A stretch of 63,673 nt of DNA, the filler included, from Gemmatimonadota bacterium (GTDB taxonomy: Bacteria > 4572-55 > J002), in NCBI GenBank assembly GCA_003697105.1. It is 5 parts of 5 records of this genome, joined end to end, with 100 filler letters (N's around TTAATTAATTAA, not from the genome) between each part and the next. Parts side by side here need not be neighbours in the genome. Positions count along the whole stretch, not along the records: positions 55,730 to 63,673 come from RFFQ01000088.1; 4 more parts are not named here. One strand, written 5' to 3'. The notes below the pieces were generated by a model. It saw only the letters and a list, made by a program, of their open reading frames with translations, did not search any database and was not told where the DNA came from. This document shows positions 58,833 through 63,673 of the stretch, piece by piece (the first letter of the stretch is position 1; every line of letters begins with the position of its first letter). Both the position numbers and the translations under genes were made by a program.

Positions 58833-59825
58833 ATGTCTGACCTCCGCACCGAATATGCCGAAATCCTACGGTTAACCAAACAATATGTCCAGCAAATGCA
58901 GGAATTGGGTGAATGTGAAGTTTCCCTAGCCACCGGTTTGGAAGCATTATTCCCAGAGACACCGTTGAAATCTACGGAACCCCTCCCCGTAGAAAAGCAA
59001 CGTCCGGCATCCGTGTCAAAAATACCCCGTCCACCCAAAACCGGCACCCCTCACCCATCGCGGGTAACATCCTCCCAACCGGAGGGAAGCACACAAATCC
59101 CGCGGTTGCCAGCGGCGGATCAGCAGGCAATTGATGCGCTCACGTGGGACCAACGTGTCAAAGCGGCACATAATTTGTACCAACAGGTTTACCGGCAGCA
59201 ACTGTACCATGATGCCGATTCGCTATTTTTGCAGACATCTCCAACTTCGGGTACGGGTGAAAATCCAATCCGGTCTTTAGAAATGCTTCATGTGGCATTT
59301 CACCAATGCCAACGGTGTTCATTAGGCAAGACACGAACAAATTTCGTCTTCGGAGTCGGCAACCCTCACGCCGATTTGGTCTTTTGTGGGGAAGCACCCG
59401 GCGAACAGGAAGACCTGAAAGGCGAACCATTTGTCGGTCGTGCCGGGCAATTATTGGATAAAATTTTAGCGGCAATTCACCTCCACCGTAACGATGTGTA
59501 TATTTTAAATGTATTGAAATGCCGTCCTCCGGGGAACCGTGACCCCCTCCCGGAAGAACGCGAAGCCTGTCGCCCACTTTTAGAGGCCCAACTCGCCTTG
59601 ATAAAACCCAAAGTCATTTGCGCGTTGGGTCGGCAAGCCGCCCAAGCGTTGCTCAAAACCAACCAGTCACTTGGAAAATTACGAGGGCAATTTCATGATT
59701 TTAATGGAATCCCTTTGATGGTAACGTACCATCCTGCGGCACTGTTACGCAACCCACATTGGAAACGCCCCACATGGGACGATATGCAAATGTTAAGAGA
59801 CTACTACCACCAGCTTAACCCTTAG
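58833..59825 (+). CDS. Uracil-DNA glycosylase family 4 ([4Fe-4S]) with N-terminal extension
   Basis: CQRC, GEAPG, PFVGRAG, KCRPP, TYHPA. Confidence 0.93.
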   Translation: MSDLRTEYAEILRLTKQYVQQMQELGECEVSLATGLEALFPETPLKSTEPLPVEKQRPASVSKIPRPPKTGTPHPSRVTSSQPEGSTQIPRLPAADQQAIDALTWDQRVKAAHNLYQQVYRQQLYHDADSLFLQTSPTSGTGENPIRSLEMLHVAFHQCQRCSLGKTRTNFVFGVGNPHADLVFCGEAPGEQEDLKGEPFVGRAGQLLDKILAAIHLHRNDVYILNVLKCRPPGNRDPLPEEREACRPLLEAQLALIKPKVICALGRQAAQALLKTNQSLGKLRGQFHDFNGIPLMVTYHPAALLRNPHWKRPTWDDMQMLRDYYHQLNP

Positions 59826-59838
59826 AATAGAGTGTCTT

Positions 59839-61299
59839 ATGATCGCTACGGAGAATAAAATCCCTGAATTTACGCAATATGACAGCGACCCCAATGCCTT
59901 GGTAGGTAGCAACGGGCGCGTCCCACCCTACTCTCTCGAAGCAGAAATGAGTGTTCTGGGAGCCATGTTGATGGATAGCGAAGCGATCGCCAAAGCGATT
60001 GAGACGCTAGATGATTCATTTTTTTACAAACCGGCACATCGCAAAATTTTTCAGGCAATCGTCTCCCTCTATGAACGTAATGAAGAAGCGGACTTGATTA
60101 CGGTTGGCAATGCCCTCCGCCAAGCAAAACAGTTTGAAAATGTCGGGGGGGCGGTCTATCTGGCAAATCTGATGGACTATGCCGTCACGCCGGCAAATAT
60201 CAGCTATCACGCTAATATCGTCCATGAAAAGGGCATCTTGCGAAAGTTGATTCACGCCTCGACGGATATTATCACAGCGGCTTACGAAGATAGTGGGGAT
60301 GTACAAGAGTTACTTGATGTCGCAGAGCAATCGATTTTTAATATTGCCAGCAACCGGGTCAAAAAAGGATTTATTGGCATCTCCGATATGCTAATGCAAT
60401 CCTTTGAGGAGTTAGAGGAACTCGCCCGGGCACGGAAAGTCATCACCGGAGAAGCCACCGGTTTCACCGATCTAGACCGGATGACCACCGGGTTTCATCC
60501 CGGAGATTTGATCATTATTGCGGGGCGCCCTTCCATGGGAAAAACCAGTTTTGCGTTGGATATCGCCCGTTATGTGGCAATTGAAAATAAAGTACCGGTG
60601 GGATTTTTCAGTCTGGAAATGTCTAAGGAACAGCTTGTCCGGCGGATGCTTTGCGCCGAAGCACGAATTAATTTGTATTCACTGATCAGCGGGCAAATTG
60701 GCTCCGAAGGCTGGAACCGGTTGAGTCGTGCCGCCGCCGTACTGCAACAATCGCAGATTTTTATCGATGACACGGCAACCACAACCGTCTTAGAAATGCG
60801 AGCGAAAGCACGCCGGTTACAAGCGGAACATGGTAAACTTGGACTGATCATCGTCGATTATTTACAGTTGGCACATTCGCATGTCCGTTCAGAGAGCCGG
60901 GTACAGGAAGTTTCAACCATCTCGCGAGGTCTCAAAGCCCTCGCAAAAGAGCTTAATTGCCCGGTGGTGGCGCTTTCCCAGTTAAGCCGGGCTGTAGAAG
61001 CTCGCGGCGGCGACAAACGCCCGCAGTTGGCTGATTTACGGGATTCGGGGTCAATTGAACAAGATGCCGATCTGGTCATGTTCGTTTACCGTGAAGAACG
61101 CTATAACCCCGATACCCCCAACAAAGGCATTGCGGAAATTATCATTGGGAAACAACGTAACGGACCCATCGGCACCATCGAACTGGCATTTCACGGTGAT
61201 TATACCCGTTTTGATAACCTGATGCGGGAAAATACCCCATTTGAAGGTTCAACGGCGCATTCGGATCGACCCCACGCCGATGGAAGCTTACCTTGGTAA
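59839..61299 (+). CDS. dnaB: Replicative DNA helicase
   Basis: GRPSMGKT, FSLEM, VDYLQL, LSQLSR, DLRDSGSIEQDAD, KQRNGP. Confidence 0.98.
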   Translation: MIATENKIPEFTQYDSDPNALVGSNGRVPPYSLEAEMSVLGAMLMDSEAIAKAIETLDDSFFYKPAHRKIFQAIVSLYERNEEADLITVGNALRQAKQFENVGGAVYLANLMDYAVTPANISYHANIVHEKGILRKLIHASTDIITAAYEDSGDVQELLDVAEQSIFNIASNRVKKGFIGISDMLMQSFEELEELARARKVITGEATGFTDLDRMTTGFHPGDLIIIAGRPSMGKTSFALDIARYVAIENKVPVGFFSLEMSKEQLVRRMLCAEARINLYSLISGQIGSEGWNRLSRAAAVLQQSQIFIDDTATTTVLEMRAKARRLQAEHGKLGLIIVDYLQLAHSHVRSESRVQEVSTISRGLKALAKELNCPVVALSQLSRAVEARGGDKRPQLADLRDSGSIEQDADLVMFVYREERYNPDTPNKGIAEIIIGKQRNGPIGTIELAFHGDYTRFDNLMRENTPFEGSTAHSDRPHADGSLPW

Positions 61300-61337
61300 A
61301 CCGGAAAACCGAAAAGCAAGTGGTGAAAAAACAAAAA

Positions 61338-61720
61338 AATCGTCAGATTTCCAGAGAGTCGCTGGTGTGAAACATCACCAGAGGAAAGTCCGAACTCCGC
61401 AGGGCACGACGCCGGATAACATCCGGGCAGGGCGACCTGATAGATAGCGCCACAGAAAGCAAACCGCCGTTGCAATGACAACGGTAAGGGTGAAACGGAG
61501 GTGTAAGAGACCCCCAGCAGTTCTGGTAACAGGGCTGGCTCGGTAAACCTCGTCGGGAGCAAGACCAAATAGGAAGGTAGCGGTTGCCCGCCGCGCTTGA
61601 CCTTCGGGTAGGTCGCAAGAGGTGCTTGGAGACAAGCATCCCAGATAAATGACTCTCCATTTTCATTGACTTAGGTCAATGAAAATTGACAGAATTCGGC
61701 TTACCGGAAATCTGACGATT
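61338..61720 (+). ncRNA. rnpB: RNase P RNA (type A)
   Basis: GAGGAAAGTCC, AGCGCCACAGAAA, GGGTGAAACGG, GGTAAAC, GGAGCAAG, ACAGAATTCGGCTTA; closing stem AATCGTCAGATTTCC/GGAAATCTGACGATT. Confidence 0.97.
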
Positions 61721-61757
61721 TCTATTTTACTCTGAAAGGTACTTTGATAGGGTTTCT

Positions 61758-62411
61758 ATGAAAACAAATACTTACACGCTGGGTGAAGAAATCGCTAACA
61801 GTATTACTCATGGTATCGGTGTCGCTTTAAGCATCGCGGGGTTGGTCATCTTGGTAGTATTGGGGGCAAGGTACGGAGATACATGGCAAGTGGTCAGTTT
61901 TAGTATTTACGGGAGTACGCTGGTGCTGATGTATTTAGCATCAACACTCTACCATAGTCTGCCGCAGCCCAAGGTCAAACGGATATTTAAAGTGATTGAC
62001 CATTCCGCAATTTATTTATTGATTGCGGGTACATATACACCGTTTTTGTTAGTGACATTACGGGGCATATGGGGATGGTCACTTTTCGCGGTGATCTGGT
62101 CACTTGCAATTTTGGGGATCATCTTCAAATGTTTTTTTGTCTTTCGTTTCAAAAAACTATCATTAACGATCTATATCCTGATGGGGTGGATGGCGTTAGT
62201 CGCCTTGCATAAAATTATTGAAAGCATTGGTTGGGGCGGCTTTACATGGCTGGCACTTGGCGGAGTAGCGTACACGCTAGGTGTGATTTTTTACGTTTGG
62301 AAAAAATTACCTTACCATCACGCCATCTGGCATCTGTTTGTGCTGGGGGGAAGTATCTGTCATTTTTTCGCCATTTTGCGATACATCGTTGCTTATACTC
62401 CAGCATACTGA
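61758..62411 (+). CDS. Hemolysin III / PAQR family membrane protein
   Basis: EEIANSITHG, STLYH, DHSAIYLLIAGTYTP, HAIWHLFV. Confidence 0.95.
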   Translation: MKTNTYTLGEEIANSITHGIGVALSIAGLVILVVLGARYGDTWQVVSFSIYGSTLVLMYLASTLYHSLPQPKVKRIFKVIDHSAIYLLIAGTYTPFLLVTLRGIWGWSLFAVIWSLAILGIIFKCFFVFRFKKLSLTIYILMGWMALVALHKIIESIGWGGFTWLALGGVAYTLGVIFYVWKKLPYHHAIWHLFVLGGSICHFFAILRYIVAYTPAY

Positions 62412-62452
62412 AATTAGAACTTTTGTCATTGATTTTACAGGAGTTTTATCAC

Positions 62453-63619
62453 ATGTCCTTGAATTATGATTTACCGGAAGAAGTGCGGATGTTACGAGAT
62501 AGCGTGCGGGATTTTGCCGAAACTGTTATCCGCCCCCAAGCGAAAAAACTGGATGAAAACGAGGAATTTTCACCGGAATTGACTAAAGAAATGGGCGAAT
62601 TGGGGCTATTTGGTTTTACGATCCCGGAAGAATATGGGGGTAACGGAATTGATTATTTGGGATATATTGTCGCGGTGGAAGAACTTGCTCGCGTGGATGG
62701 TTCGCAGGCGGCAACGGTAGCGGCGCACAATTCGTTAGGATTGGGTCCCATCTACTATTTTGGAAACGAAGCACAAAAAGAGAAATATCTACCCCAACTC
62801 TGTACCGGTGACAAACTGTGGGCATTTGGTCTGACCGAACCCAATGCCGGTTCAGATGCGGGCGGTAGTAAAACCAATGCCGTCAAAGAAGGTGATGAGT
62901 GGGTGATCAATGGCTCTAAGATTTTCATCACCAATGGGTCGGCGCCGTATTCGCTAGGGGCAACGGTGCAAACCGTCACTGGTACACGGGATGACGGCAA
63001 AAAAATATACACATGTTTTCTGGTGGAACATGGTACAGAAGGGTTTGAATCACGCACCATGCATGAAAAAATGATGTGGCGCTCCTCCTTGACTTCCGAG
63101 CTGTTTTTTACCAATTGTCGTGTCCCAGAGGATGCCATCTTGGGCAAAGCAGGTGAAGGGTTCAAATTGATGCTCTCCACGCTCGACCGGGGTCGCTTGT
63201 CGATTGCCGCCATGGGGCTTGGCTGTGCACAGGGAGCTTACGAACTGGCATTAAAATACGCTAAGGAACGGCAACAATTCGGGCGTTATATCTCCACATT
63301 TCAAGCAAATGCCTTCAAATTAGCAAATATGCGGGTCGAGATTGAAGCCGCCCGCAACATGCTGTACAAAGCCGCTTGGCTCTGTGAAAATGGGCGCGAA
63401 TTTAAGGATTTAGCCGCAATGTCCAAACTTTATTGCTCCGAAGTCGCCCACCGGGTCGTTAATGATGCCTTGCAAATTCATGGAGGATACGGCTTAATGA
63501 AAGAATATGAGATCGAACGCTTCTACCGCGATCAACGCTTGCTGGAAATTGGCGAAGGCACCTCCGAAATCTTACGTCTGGTGATTTCGCGCTCCATTGG
63601 TTGCTACGATGTCGGATAA
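62453..63619 (+). CDS. Acyl-CoA dehydrogenase
   Basis: FGLTEPNAGSD, NGSKIFITNG, RQQFG, QIHGGYG, IGEGTSE; CAGGAG RBS before ATG 62453. Confidence 0.95.
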   Translation: MSLNYDLPEEVRMLRDSVRDFAETVIRPQAKKLDENEEFSPELTKEMGELGLFGFTIPEEYGGNGIDYLGYIVAVEELARVDGSQAATVAAHNSLGLGPIYYFGNEAQKEKYLPQLCTGDKLWAFGLTEPNAGSDAGGSKTNAVKEGDEWVINGSKIFITNGSAPYSLGATVQTVTGTRDDGKKIYTCFLVEHGTEGFESRTMHEKMMWRSSLTSELFFTNCRVPEDAILGKAGEGFKLMLSTLDRGRLSIAAMGLGCAQGAYELALKYAKERQQFGRYISTFQANAFKLANMRVEIEAARNMLYKAAWLCENGREFKDLAAMSKLYCSEVAHRVVNDALQIHGGYGLMKEYEIERFYRDQRLLEIGEGTSEILRLVISRSIGCYDVG

Positions 63620-63673
63620 TTGACATCCTCTTGATAAAACACCGGCTAAAACAACAAAACCTCACAGATGATA

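Noticed and set aside
58833-59825. UdgX-type suicide glycosylase
   Set aside because: No KRRIH loop; ordinary family 4 motifs
59839-61299. Intein in dnaB
   Set aside because: Normal length (486 aa) with contiguous motifs
62231-62452. N-terminal extensions in the ORF track (also 33999-34110, 41748-41816, 45348-45539, 55515-55610)
   Set aside because: They overlap other genes or regulatory DNA; downstream ATGs have better RBS support or match family starts

Overview
Bacterial DNA with sigma70-type TTGACA-N17-TAnnnT promoters and strong Shine-Dalgarno sites. The gene content suggests an FCB-superphylum organism outside Bacteroidetes (inference): many secreted proteins with FlgD/T9SS-type C-terminal domains, two PorV/PorQ-like barrels and a C-terminally extended L34. 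The window is five contigs joined by artificial 100-nt N/TTAATTAATTAA linkers (22897-22996, 34839-34938, 47666-47765, 55630-55729), so adjacency across gaps means nothing. Contig 1: gingipain-like C25 protein, radical SAM protein, rpsT, TPR lipoprotein, a TBDR-exbB-exbD-exbD-tonB-secreted protein-PorV-like operon, carbamoyltransferase, csp. Contig 2: multi-PAS kinase, TROVE protein, nfeD-floA, tRNA-Leu, secreted nuclease, divergent MglA, ispH, tRNA-Asn. Contig 3: rpmH-rnpA-yidD-yidC, TPR-STAS protein, a cluster encoding an SBP, DUF169, a TusE-like/IscS fusion and DacB, a candidate ~270-nt structured RNA, and a DUF4388 pair. Contig 4: FG-GAP protein, M6 protease, PorV-like protein. Contig 5: gap, pgk, UDG, dnaB, RNase P RNA, hemolysin III-family protein, acyl-CoA dehydrogenase. 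Best leads: the unrecognised pseudoknotted RNA-like element at 45422-45694, the Asp-repeat TonB/PorV operon, and the DUF169/TusE-IscS module. All family calls come from reading motifs by eye; no searches or folding programs were run.
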